DNA from: Escherichia phage p000v
Length of the DNA: 64,000 bases
Sequence record: NC_055781.1
Reading direction: 5' to 3' (one strand)
This document shows positions 55,874 to 64,000 of this stretch, one piece after another (the first letter of the stretch is position 1; every line of letters starts with the position of its first letter). The notes below the pieces were generated by a model. The model saw only the letters and a program-made list of their open reading frames with translations, did no database searches and was not told where the DNA came from. The position numbers and the translations under genes are program-made.

Positions 55874-56161
55874 ATGATTCATCCATTTGACGTATCAGAA
55901 TCCAAAATTGCTAATCTTCGTGGTCATCATAAGTGTAAATCAGTTTATTGTGCTAAATTGGTAAAACATCCTGGTGATGCACACTACGGCTGGTTAGAAT
56001 GCGACGAAGTTGTTATTGAAATCCCGCCTGTAGATGCAGAATATCTTGAAGAAGGAGACCGCATTTATTTTGGCGAACTACACATCAGAGGTATCTATGG
56101 TAAAGACGAACTTGGGACTGTTGAGGCTGAAGAATCTTCCGACATTTATCCTGTCGAATGA
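55874..56161 (+). CDS. hypothetical protein
   Basis: Internal ATG downstream of terminator hairpin. Confidence 0.45.
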   Translation: MIHPFDVSESKIANLRGHHKCKSVYCAKLVKHPGDAHYGWLECDEVVIEIPPVDAEYLEEGDRIYFGELHIRGIYGKDELGTVEAEESSDIYPVE

Positions 56162-56177
56162 GTTTTTGACTAGCGAA

Positions 56178-56654
56178 ATGAAGGTTAAGATCGCTGATAC
56201 TGCTCGGTACTCGTTGAAACAAGATCCAGGTCAAATAAAAGAAGACGTTGTTCGACGTTGTAAGGTTGCAGTCTTTGCAGAGTATGTAGTAGCAAATTGG
56301 CTAGACGGATATGTTAATAAAGGTAATGAAGACGTAGAAGACCCGTACACGTATGCATGGGACGTTTTAGCTCATCCTAAGTACTGTGGTCTACGCATAG
56401 AAGTAAAGACCCATCAGATGGATTCGAAATGGATTTCGGTTACCACAGGATACAGTGGTGATTATCCGGGTGGTAACGGAATCAACATAGGGCCCTTCTT
56501 GAACCATCGAGTCGCTGACTGTATTATTATATTGAATGTCAAAGAAACCTCACCTGACGTCTTCTCTTATTCTATAAAGTTCGTGGGAGACCATGAAGAC
56601 CTAAAGAAAATCGTCCGCAAGAGCAACTACAACGGATGGTATCTTCATCTTTAA
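56178..56654 (+). CDS. hypothetical protein
   Basis: First ATG after upstream stop; tracked ORF extends 5' into previous gene. Confidence 0.45.
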   Translation: MKVKIADTARYSLKQDPGQIKEDVVRRCKVAVFAEYVVANWLDGYVNKGNEDVEDPYTYAWDVLAHPKYCGLRIEVKTHQMDSKWISVTTGYSGDYPGGNGINIGPFLNHRVADCIIILNVKETSPDVFSYSIKFVGDHEDLKKIVRKSNYNGWYLHL

Positions 56655-56722
56655 TTTCATAAAAGTGTTTACAACTAAGTAGGACTATGATATAGTAGTC
56701 CTATCTAAAAGAGGATAACATC

Positions 56723-56986
56723 ATGAAATTTAAATTTTTCTACGCAAAACATAAAGTAACAGGCGAATTTGTTTCAATGTACAACACTGCAGATGACGAA
56801 GGGATGATTTATACCCATTTGGGTCTATCTCATTGGGACTCGGACGTGCCTTATATGTCATCTGAAGCCGAAATAACTCGTTTAGTTAACGGACATATGA
56901 ACGACCATTTTGGTGTTATTCTTTCTAAAGACCTTAAAGAGGTTATCAACAAAGGATATATGGAACTCGCGGAAGTTGAGATATGA
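56723..56986 (+). CDS. hypothetical protein
   Basis: ORF track; RBS AGAGGATAA. Confidence 0.45.
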   Translation: MKFKFFYAKHKVTGEFVSMYNTADDEGMIYTHLGLSHWDSDVPYMSSEAEITRLVNGHMNDHFGVILSKDLKEVINKGYMELAEVEI

Positions 56987-57237
56987 GCTCTAAAATGTGG
57001 ATCGGAATATGGTTGCTTAGTATCCCAATGATTTGTATAATATTTTCAATTGTGTTGAGGTACTTATGAAAAATGCACTTCTTATTGTACTAAGAACAAT
57101 TTGTGATACGGGTTTTTACATTGCATGTTCGTTCACTGGAACATGGTTGGCTTTAACATATTTTAATGTAATTTAATTGTTTACAACACAGTAGGATTAT
57201 GGTATAGTAGTCCTACTGAAACATGAGGAATACAAAA

Positions 57238-57438
57238 ATGGCTAAGCTTTTTAAAGATGTTGAAATTGGTGAAAAATTCGTCCTGAATAATGGACAGCAG
57301 CTTATTCGTGTAGCTTCTATAGCCGGACAAACTCATAACTGTATCGCCCCAACGTGTTGGACTCGATTCTTTATTGAAGATGACACTGAATGTTTAACTG
57401 TTGAAGAGCTTTTTGAACGTTCTGATATAGCCGAATAA
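57238..57438 (+). CDS. hypothetical protein
   Basis: ATG with RBS GAGGAA. Confidence 0.45.
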   Translation: MAKLFKDVEIGEKFVLNNGQQLIRVASIAGQTHNCIAPTCWTRFFIEDDTECLTVEELFERSDIAE

Positions 57439-57445
57439 AATTGTA

Positions 57446-57476
57446 CAAACTCTTGAGAGCAGAGTATAATGCTCTC
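57446..57476 (+). repeat. repeated early-promoter cassette (copy 2 of the 12501-12531 element)
   Basis: 31 bp identical to 12501-12531. Confidence 0.6.
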
Positions 57477-57514
57477 ATGGATTACAAAAACATTAATCAA
57501 TTGAGGAAATTAGC

Positions 57515-57961
57515 ATGTCCAAATATTTAACTCGTAAAGACCTTCTGGCAGTTGGTGGTGAAGTTGTTGCAGTAGTTCGTAATGGCGAATACGGTTCTGA
57601 AGTTTCTAAAGAGTTTCGTTCTCGTGAAGGTTTTTACTTCTTCGTTAAAGGTTCATCTGACTGGCGACAAGTAGCAGCACGATTCTTTGTAGGACGTCAA
57701 CGTTCTAAACAAGGGTTAGATGCAATTCTTTCTCACATTCGTCAAGGCCGTTCACAACTCGCCCGTACTATGGGCACTAACAATATTGAATATGATGTAA
57801 TCTTTGTTTCAGCTAAGAACATGAAACCTCTGACTACTGGTTACGGTAAAGGACAATTGGCTCTAGCGTTCACTCGCAACCATACATCAGAATATCAAAC
57901 ACTCACTGAAATGAACCGTCTTCTGGCCGATAATTTCAAATTCATTCTGCAGAGTTACTAA
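57515..57961 (+). CDS. hypothetical protein (approximate position and size of T4 ndd; unverified)
   Basis: ORF track 148 aa; RBS GAGGAAA. Confidence 0.5.
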   Translation: MSKYLTRKDLLAVGGEVVAVVRNGEYGSEVSKEFRSREGFYFFVKGSSDWRQVAARFFVGRQRSKQGLDAILSHIRQGRSQLARTMGTNNIEYDVIFVSAKNMKPLTTGYGKGQLALAFTRNHTSEYQTLTEMNRLLADNFKFILQSY

Positions 57962-58013
57962 TTTATACAGGCCTATTAAGTTAGGCCTTTAATTTATTTT
58001 TGAGGTAATTAAA

Positions 58014-58160
58014 ATGGTAGCATGGATTATTGCATTGCTGTGTTGGTCGTTTTTATTCGTTAACACTTTAGTTACAGGCGAAACAACAGTACTTCAACAG
58101 GCCGTATCACAAGGTACCTTAGCGGTCTTAGCTCTTCTTAACGTATTAAAAGGCGAGTAA
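58014..58160 (+). CDS. small membrane peptide
   Basis: 48 aa hydrophobic; RBS GAGGT; below ORF-track cutoff. Confidence 0.4.
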   Translation: MVAWIIALLCWSFLFVNTLVTGETTVLQQAVSQGTLAVLALLNVLKGE

Positions 58161-58300
58161 TGATTAAGAAAATCTTAGCAGGAGCCTTAGGGCTCTTGTT
58201 GTTGCTTACGGTTCTGTACTACGGTGTGATGTTTGGACTAATCCAAGTAGTGCTTTTCATTTCAGATGTTATAATGGATATTCGTTCATTAATATGGTGA
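58160..58300 (+). CDS. small membrane peptide
   Basis: 46 aa hydrophobic; TAATG overlap. Confidence 0.4.
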   Translation: MIKKILAGALGLLLLLTVLYYGVMFGLIQVVLFISDVIMDIRSLIW

Positions 58301-58304
58301 AAAT

Positions 58305-59630
58305 ATGCAATTGAATTCTCGTAATCTAAAAAGTATTATTGATAACGAAGCCTTAGCATATGCGATGTACACCGTTGAAAACCGTGCAATCCCAAACATG
58401 ATTGATGGATTTAAGCCGGTTCAACGTTTTGTGGTTCATCGTGCATTAGATTTGGCTCGTGGTAATAAAGAAAAATTTCATAAACTTGCGTCAATTGCAG
58501 GCGGTGTCGCAGATTTAGGTTATCACCATGGTGAATCTTCTGCACAAGATGCAGGTGCATTAATGGCTAACACATGGAACAACAACTATCCACTGTTAGA
58601 TGGTCAAGGCAACTTTGGTTCTCGAACAGTCCAAAAAGCTGCAGCATCTCGTTATATTTTTGCTCGTGTAAGTAAAAATTTCTATAACGTATATAAAGAT
58701 ACTGAATATGCTCCAGCTCATGAAGATAAAGAACACGTTCCACCAAAATTCTATCTTCCTATTATTCCGACAGTTCTTTTGAATGGCGTCTCTGGTATTG
58801 CAACCGGTTACGCAACAAATATTCTGCCTCATAGTTTTAAATCGGTAAAAAAGGCTGTATTACAAGCTCTTCAAGGTAAAAATGTCACTAAGCCAAAAGT
58901 TGAATTCCCGGAATTCCGTGGTGAAGTGCATGAAGTTGATGGGCGTTATGAGATTCACGGAACATATAAGTTCACATCTCGTACTCAAATGCAGATAACT
59001 GAAATCCCATATAAATTCGACCGTGAAACGTATGTGAGTAAGGTTCTCGACCCGTTGGAAGACAAAGGTCTAATCTCATGGGAAGATGATTGTGGTGAAC
59101 ACGGCTTTGGGTTTAAGGTGAAGTTCCGTAAAGAGTACTCGCTTCCTGATGATGAAGAGCTACGTCATGAAAAAATCATGAAAGATTTTAGTCTCATCGA
59201 ACGTCGTTCACAAAACATCACAGTGATTAATGAAAAGGGTAAATTAGCTGTCTATGATAACGTAGTGGACTTAATCAAAGATTTTGTTGAAGTCCGTAAG
59301 ACTTACGTTCAGAAACGTATTGACAACAAAATCCTTGAATCTGAAAAAGCATTTAAACTGGCTTTTGCTAAGGCACACTTCATCAAAAAAGTTATCAACG
59401 GTGAAATTGTGATTCAGGGCAAGACTCGTAAAGCTTTGACTGAAGAGCTAGCACAAATCGAAATGTATAAAGAACATGTCGATAAACTGGTAGGTCTTAA
59501 CATCTTCCATATCACTTCCGATGAAGCACGTAAACTAGCAGAAGAAGCTAAAGCTAAGAAAGAAGAAAATGAGTATTGGAAGTCTACTGATGTTGTGACA
59601 GAGTACACTAAAGACTTGGAGGCACTTTGA
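58305..59630 (+). CDS. 52: topoisomerase II medium subunit gp52 (GyrA-like)
   Basis: 441 aa; winged-helix active-site region AASRYIFARV with catalytic Tyr. Confidence 0.92.
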   Translation: MQLNSRNLKSIIDNEALAYAMYTVENRAIPNMIDGFKPVQRFVVHRALDLARGNKEKFHKLASIAGGVADLGYHHGESSAQDAGALMANTWNNNYPLLDGQGNFGSRTVQKAAASRYIFARVSKNFYNVYKDTEYAPAHEDKEHVPPKFYLPIIPTVLLNGVSGIATGYATNILPHSFKSVKKAVLQALQGKNVTKPKVEFPEFRGEVHEVDGRYEIHGTYKFTSRTQMQITEIPYKFDRETYVSKVLDPLEDKGLISWEDDCGEHGFGFKVKFRKEYSLPDDEELRHEKIMKDFSLIERRSQNITVINEKGKLAVYDNVVDLIKDFVEVRKTYVQKRIDNKILESEKAFKLAFAKAHFIKKVINGEIVIQGKTRKALTEELAQIEMYKEHVDKLVGLNIFHITSDEARKLAEEAKAKKEENEYWKSTDVVTEYTKDLEAL

Positions 59631-59707
59631 GTGCCCTAGCCTTAGGATTTCTCGGTGCAATAGCTGCACTAGTGATTTGGCTGTATTGGTTGGACAAACA
59701 TGATTAG

Positions 59708-59726
59708 GGAGCTTCGGCTCCTTTTT
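59708..59726 (+). terminator. hairpin GGAGC-UUCG-GCUCC + U5
   Basis: 5 bp stem, UUCG loop, TTTTT. Confidence 0.55.
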
Positions 59727-59741
59727 GTGCATTTTTCTCAC

Positions 59742-59775
59742 AAAACAGTTTACACGTGCTTCAAACATGATATTA
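59742..59775 (+). promoter_or_regulatory. candidate early promoter GTTTAC-N17-TATTAT
   Basis: AGTTTACA ... GATATTATAAACCTATC upstream of motA. Confidence 0.45.
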
Positions 59776-59820
59776 TAAACCTATCAAAACAAAACAAAAC
59801 AACCGAATTGGAGAAATAAA

Positions 59821-60453
59821 ATGTCTAAAGTTACTTACATCATCAAAGCTTCTGAAAACGCTCTGAATGAAAAAACTGCTGCAATAATGGTTTATATCAT
59901 TAAGAACAACTTCACCACTGCTGCCAATGTCCGTGAAGCTCTGGAAGCAGAATACAATGCATCAGTTGTTAACTCTAACATCGGTGTATTGATTAAGAAA
60001 GGTTTAGTCGAAAAATCAGGTGATGGACTTGTAGCAACAGGCGAAGCAATGGATATTATCCAAAAAGCCGCAGATCTATTTGCTCAAGAAAATGCTCCAG
60101 AACTTCTTCAGAAACGTAACACTAGAAAAGCACGTGGAGTTACTCCTGAAATGCATGAATTAGCAAACTTTGTTTTTGAAAATATTAAAGATAAAGTTGA
60201 AGTTAAAGAAATTGGTGAAAACCGTAGTAACTTAGAAGTTCGATTTGCAAAACGAGTTCTAGGTATTCGTCAGATCGAAATTCGTCGAGATGGCGCTCTT
60301 AGAATCTTTGCATACAACATGTCAGAAACTGAATCAAAGCTGTTTACTTCTCTTGAAAATGATGTTAAGATTAAGATCGGTGGTAAATATACTTACATTG
60401 ACTTCCCTAATGTGTCCAAAGAAATCATTACCCTTGTAACTAACGTACTGTGA
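59821..60453 (+). CDS. motA: middle-transcription activator MotA
   Basis: MSKVTYIIKAS...VVNSNIGVLIKKGLVEKSGDGL..TGEA.DII..AA.L.AQENAPELL.KR.TRKAR matches recalled T4 MotA. Confidence 0.9.
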   Translation: MSKVTYIIKASENALNEKTAAIMVYIIKNNFTTAANVREALEAEYNASVVNSNIGVLIKKGLVEKSGDGLVATGEAMDIIQKAADLFAQENAPELLQKRNTRKARGVTPEMHELANFVFENIKDKVEVKEIGENRSNLEVRFAKRVLGIRQIEIRRDGALRIFAYNMSETESKLFTSLENDVKIKIGGKYTYIDFPNVSKEIITLVTNVL

Positions 60454-60463
60454 GGAATACATA

Positions 60464-60793
60464 ATGAATAAGCTGAATATTATTAACGAACTTCGTAAAT
60501 GTGCAGAACCTACTCAGGAAGGATGGGATATTTGGTACCACGGGGCTTATTTAGGGACAATTGTAAAGATTAAAGCAGGTCAATATACGGTTATTCGTGA
60601 AAATAATGACGCGCCATTTGGCCTTCGTAAAAACTACATGGCAGCGATCAGTTCATTTGTTGATGCAGCTTACGAAATCTATAAAGAAGATTATAAAGAA
60701 TATCAGCAGTCACAACCGGTTATTCGTTCGATTGGTGTAAATAAACAATCACAAAAATCTATTTGGCAACGTATTAAAGGATGGTTTAAATGA
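60464..60793 (+). CDS. hypothetical protein
   Basis: ORF track 109 aa. Confidence 0.5.
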   Translation: MNKLNIINELRKCAEPTQEGWDIWYHGAYLGTIVKIKAGQYTVIRENNDAPFGLRKNYMAAISSFVDAAYEIYKEDYKEYQQSQPVIRSIGVNKQSQKSIWQRIKGWFK

Positions 60794-61251
60794 AAACTTT
60801 TAAAGAACGTTTAGCTCTGTTAGATAAAGCTTTGTCGCGTGAGACTCCGGAAAGTCTGGCTGCTAAATTAGCTTCTTACGGTGGTGAATATACAGAACAA
60901 AATGTTTTAGACGAAGTTCCTGAAATCTGTTGGCAGACTCTGTATTGGGATGAAAACCAAAAGTATCAACGACGAATTGTCTGCGCAGCCAACCGTTTTA
61001 AATTAAAAGATGGACGAACTCTTATTATTCCAGGTGCTCGTCATTATTCTAAAGATATGGCAGAAGTTTTAGATGTAGTTAAACCTCAATTAGTTACTCA
61101 ACAAGTTTGTGATGATGACCAAGGGTTTATTGACCAATATAGTAATTATTGGACACGTGAAGAAGCAATGATTATTGCAACTTACGCTGGACAAGTACGT
61201 ATTGAACGTGGTGGTAATGAAAAAGAACTTTACTCTGAGGACCTTTACTAA
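60790..61251 (+). CDS. hypothetical protein
   Basis: ORF track 153 aa; coupled start. Confidence 0.5.
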   Translation: MKTFKERLALLDKALSRETPESLAAKLASYGGEYTEQNVLDEVPEICWQTLYWDENQKYQRRIVCAANRFKLKDGRTLIIPGARHYSKDMAEVLDVVKPQLVTQQVCDDDQGFIDQYSNYWTREEAMIIATYAGQVRIERGGNEKELYSEDLY

Positions 61252-61532
61252 TGAATCTTAAACAACTCCAGATTGATGCTATTGAAGCCCACATTAATCA
61301 TATCAAACGCCTGAATGCTATGATGGAAGAAAATTATGGTATGTATGCTAATCAGCCTGGTTGGGATGCTTTAGATCATCCTTATTTGGTTAATTTATGT
61401 AAAGGTGATACGTTAGCAATTATTCGTGATGGGTTAAAACCTTTCTTGCGCGACATGTATATTAAAATGAACGAAGAAATTATTAGCTCGTTGCAATATC
61501 AATTAAGGAAATTAGATGATGAGAATAATTGA
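61251..61532 (+). CDS. hypothetical protein
   Basis: ORF track 93 aa. Confidence 0.45.
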   Translation: MNLKQLQIDAIEAHINHIKRLNAMMEENYGMYANQPGWDALDHPYLVNLCKGDTLAIIRDGLKPFLRDMYIKMNEEIISSLQYQLRKLDDENN

Positions 61533-61743
61533 TTCTAAAGCAGATTATTTTAATTCTGTTAATGATAAGAATAAAGCTTTAATTCGCCACTTTATTACTG
61601 AGATGGGTTATACTGACTCTAAAGATTTGAAAGAGCACATTATCGAATGTTCTGTGGCTAAAAAGTTTTCTTTCACAGACAAATGTTTAAATGAGGTTAT
61701 AAATCATTATGAACAATCTTGTAGCAAAACACGATTTCAATAA
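61516..61743 (+). CDS. hypothetical protein
   Basis: ORF track 75 aa. Confidence 0.4.
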   Translation: MMRIIDSKADYFNSVNDKNKALIRHFITEMGYTDSKDLKEHIIECSVAKKFSFTDKCLNEVINHYEQSCSKTRFQ

Positions 61744-61817
61744 GGCTTCCGTCCATAAGGACAAGAAGAAATCAGAACTTCAATCTAAACGCAAACAAAA
61801 ACATAAGGGTAAAGACT

Positions 61818-62105
61818 ATGCTTACTAAAATCAAAGAAAATCCTGCCACTGAACTTGTTATTCGTTGTGAAGAACTTGCAGAGCTTTATCAGGTTAACCG
61901 AGAAGTGTGTCGTAGTGTTATCGTAGATATGGCAGACGAAGTATGTTCTCGTATTCCTTTTAGTGTCGATTTCAACCATATGAAGCCTGGTGAAATCACT
62001 ATCGTCTTTGGTTCTGACTATACTGAAGAACGGGCTCTTAATGTCCTAGAATATGAAATGTCATTCTTTGACATACAGGATTACATTGATAGTTATAAGG
62101 AATGA
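61818..62105 (+). CDS. hypothetical protein
   Basis: ORF track 95 aa. Confidence 0.45.
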   Translation: MLTKIKENPATELVIRCEELAELYQVNREVCRSVIVDMADEVCSRIPFSVDFNHMKPGEITIVFGSDYTEERALNVLEYEMSFFDIQDYIDSYKE

Positions 62106-62106
62106 T

Positions 62107-62268
62107 ATGAGTCATAATCTTCAGAACGTAGTAGAGGCCGAACGTGAGCGTGAGGCTTTAATCTATAATGAACTATTAGTTCCATTCTTGGCCTTACACT
62201 CGTATGAACAGGAAGACTACATTGATTACGTTAAAAGCGTAGAAAAAGCCGTTTACAATCAACACTGA
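62107..62268 (+). CDS. hypothetical small protein
   Basis: ATG right after upstream stop. Confidence 0.35.
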   Translation: MSHNLQNVVEAEREREALIYNELLVPFLALHSYEQEDYIDYVKSVEKAVYNQH

Positions 62269-62314
62269 TAATGGTACTATATCCATATCAACTAAGTGGA
62301 ATGAATAAAACGTT

Positions 62315-62587
62315 ATGAATAAAGACATTGAAATCGTACGCGAAATTATTACTATTGCTTCTATTTTGATTAAATTCTCTAGGGAAGATATTGTTGAAGA
62401 CCGAGCAAGTTTCATCGGATTCTTGAATGAGATTGGAATTAAAAAAGATGGTCGGCAGCTAAATCAGAATTCGTTCAGAAAACTAATTACAAATTTAACT
62501 GCCGAAGAAAAGAAAACACTGATTAGTGAATTCAATGAAGGTTTTGAAAATATTTATCGTCATTTAGCGATGTATTCTAACAACTAA
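62315..62587 (+). CDS. asiA: anti-sigma-70 factor AsiA
   Basis: MNK.I..VREIIT.ASILIKFSREDIVE.RA.FI.FLNEIG....GR.LNQNSFRK matches recalled T4 AsiA; 90 aa. Confidence 0.9.
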   Translation: MNKDIEIVREIITIASILIKFSREDIVEDRASFIGFLNEIGIKKDGRQLNQNSFRKLITNLTAEEKKTLISEFNEGFENIYRHLAMYSNN

Positions 62588-63247
62588 TTATTTAGCCCTT
62601 CCTAGTATTCGGACCGCTTGGTTGCATATAGCTGCTAAGCGATCTTCCTCAAGTATATTACTCCCCTTATACCAATACATCGTCACAGTTCCAGCGTAGA
62701 TGTTATCCAAATTAAAGTATGGACAACTATACATATAAGAAAGTTCGGCAGTCTTAGATTTTGTAGGCAAAAATGCAAATTCTGATTTAGACGAGAAATG
62801 ACGGCCACTTAAATGAATTATATATTCATTGGCCGTTTTATCCACCGGGAATCCCCCAAGGGACTTTTCAGAAATTGTGCTAGGTAGTTTGCCTTCATAA
62901 GCTATAAGGTCGACGAAATAATTTAAGTTTTTAGGTCTGAAAGAATACACAGCACTAAAATCTGCACCAGATGAGATATGAACTATTTGCAGTTGTTCTA
63001 GAGCCGCAGATTCAAAACGTAAAGCTCGTTCTTTTTGGATTATTTCAGTATAAGTATCATACTTAGATCTTACATAATAATCCAGCAAAATACTTCCTTT
63101 GTACCATATTAGTGCCATTAGGAACAAAAGAATAATTACCGCTACTCGGGACATTAAAACCTTTCCAGTAGCGTTATCTTTGAAAATACGATCTAGCAAC
63201 CCAAATAGAATATCACTAGGCGAAAATGACACTTTTGGTGTTGCCAT
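62588..63247 (-). CDS. t: holin T
   Basis: Minus strand; MA.P..SFSPSDILFG.LDR.FKDNATGKVL.SRVAV.ILLF ... matches recalled T4 holin t; 219 aa. Confidence 0.9.
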   Translation of the reverse strand: MATPKVSFSPSDILFGLLDRIFKDNATGKVLMSRVAVIILLFLMALIWYKGSILLDYYVRSKYDTYTEIIQKERALRFESAALEQLQIVHISSGADFSAVYSFRPKNLNYFVDLIAYEGKLPSTISEKSLGGFPVDKTANEYIIHLSGRHFSSKSEFAFLPTKSKTAELSYMYSCPYFNLDNIYAGTVTMYWYKGSNILEEDRLAAICNQAVRILGRAK

Positions 63248-63256
63248 AATACCTCC

Positions 63257-63808
63257 TTACTTAAAGATATTTATAATCGCTTTGATAATAGATTTGTTTT
63301 CAAGGTCAGGGAATTTAGGGAATTCGCCGCCAAGATGTTCATGTTTTTCTAAAAGGGCAAAGAATTTTTTGAGCTCTTTAAATTTTCGTTTTTCTTCTCT
63401 ATTAGCAACCTCTGCGTCAATAAGAGAACTTAAAACACTGAATAATTTATAGAGTTCATGAATTTTCTTATCACGTTGAACTACACGTTTATATGCTTCA
63501 TCTTCCTTCCACCCGTCGTCGGTCCAAAGGTCAAATTCACCAGGTTCTTCTGTAGTAACATTTTGAAGAGCACCTGGAGTGTCAATAACAATTTTTTGCT
63601 TATCATATGTCCATACTGTTTTTCCTCGATGGTCTTCAACATATACCCATTCTTGCTCGCGTTCGTCAAATATAACAGCATAGCCTTCTTTAGGGTCTAA
63701 AGGTTTTTTTGGTGTCGAATGAGCCGGAAATCCTACGCCTTTTAATGGTTTATAATTTTCTTCTTTGTAAAATTCTTTAGTGTCAAAATAATAGTGATAG
63801 AGTTTCAT
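63257..63808 (-). CDS. 38: long tail fiber assembly/adhesin protein gp38
   Basis: Minus strand; MK.YHYYFDTKEFYKEENYKP.KG.G.PAHST.KKPL.PKEGYAV.FDER matches recalled T4 gp38; 183 aa. Confidence 0.85.
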   Translation of the reverse strand: MKLYHYYFDTKEFYKEENYKPLKGVGFPAHSTPKKPLDPKEGYAVIFDEREQEWVYVEDHRGKTVWTYDKQKIVIDTPGALQNVTTEEPGEFDLWTDDGWKEDEAYKRVVQRDKKIHELYKLFSVLSSLIDAEVANREEKRKFKELKKFFALLEKHEHLGGEFPKFPDLENKSIIKAIINIFK

Positions 63809-63839
63809 ATTATAAAAAGGGACCGAAGTCCCTTCTCCT
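63809..63839 (-). promoter_or_regulatory. split ribosome-binding site of gene 38: GGAG, hairpin GGGAC-UUCG-GUCCC, then AUG
   Basis: On minus strand GGAG lies about 25 nt 5' of ATG; the intervening 14 nt form a perfect tetraloop hairpin. Confidence 0.5.
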
Positions 63840-64000
63840 TATGCTAAACGAACGATATAGTTAAAAGCAACGTTTTTAACTGTGTTTTCTGTATTTCCTG
63901 TGGCATTTACAGTTATTGTATGTCCATGGGAACCAATTGCAACAGTATGAGAATGAGCACCAATACCTACCGAATGGGTATGAGCACCAATACCCACAGT
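63840..64000 (-). CDS. 37: long tail fiber distal subunit gp37, C-terminal end (5' part outside window)
   Basis: Minus-strand translation ...[49 protein letters not shown] with His-x-His repeats typical of T4 gp37 C-terminus. Confidence 0.8.

Noticed and set aside
1-64000. CRISPR arrays, tRNA or rRNA genes, insertion sequences
   Set aside because: No direct-repeat/spacer arrays, no cloverleaf-like conserved tRNA segments and no transposase-like ORFs were seen; gene content is contiguous phage early region.

Overview
This window is a contiguous stretch of a T4-like (Tevenvirinae) myovirus genome, read in the direction of early transcription, which is the reverse of the conventional T4 map. 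Gene order on the + strand is nrdC-49-nrdD-nrdG-55-47-46-45-44-62-regA-43-[4 kb island]-42-[2 unknown genes]-uvsX-40-41-61-56-soc-mod-srd-dda-dexA-39-[HNH]-[glycosyltransferase]-rIIA.1-rIIA-rIIB-52-motA-asiA. The late genes t, 38 and the 3' end of 37 follow on the - strand. Several proteins (gp43, gp45, gp41, UvsX, Dda, MotA, AsiA, holin t) match my recollection of T4/RB69 sequences closely; the polymerase N-terminus looks like RB69 gp43. This is recall, not a database result, and should be confirmed by BLAST. The window is densely packed with small ORFs, T4-type early (GTTTAC-N17-TATAAT), middle (MotA box GCTTTA plus -10) and late (TATAAATA) promoters, and UUCG-tetraloop hairpin terminators. 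No rRNA, tRNA or CRISPR was seen. The most notable observation is that the canonical hmC glucosyltransferase genes (a-gt between 47 and 55, b-gt between 42 and uvsX) are absent from their T4 positions. In their place, a 4 kb island between genes 43 and 42 encodes what looks like a self-contained sugar-nucleotide pathway: a SIS-domain arabinose-5-phosphate isomerase, a nucleotidyltransferase fused to an APH-like sugar kinase, a HAD phosphatase, and a Cys-rich protein of unknown function. A GT-B glycosyltransferase sits next to rIIA, immediately downstream of an HNH homing endonuclease. Together these are a candidate system for pentosylation (probably arabinosylation) of hydroxymethylcytosine DNA. 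All functional calls come from motifs read by eye and from synteny with T4; none was verified by search.
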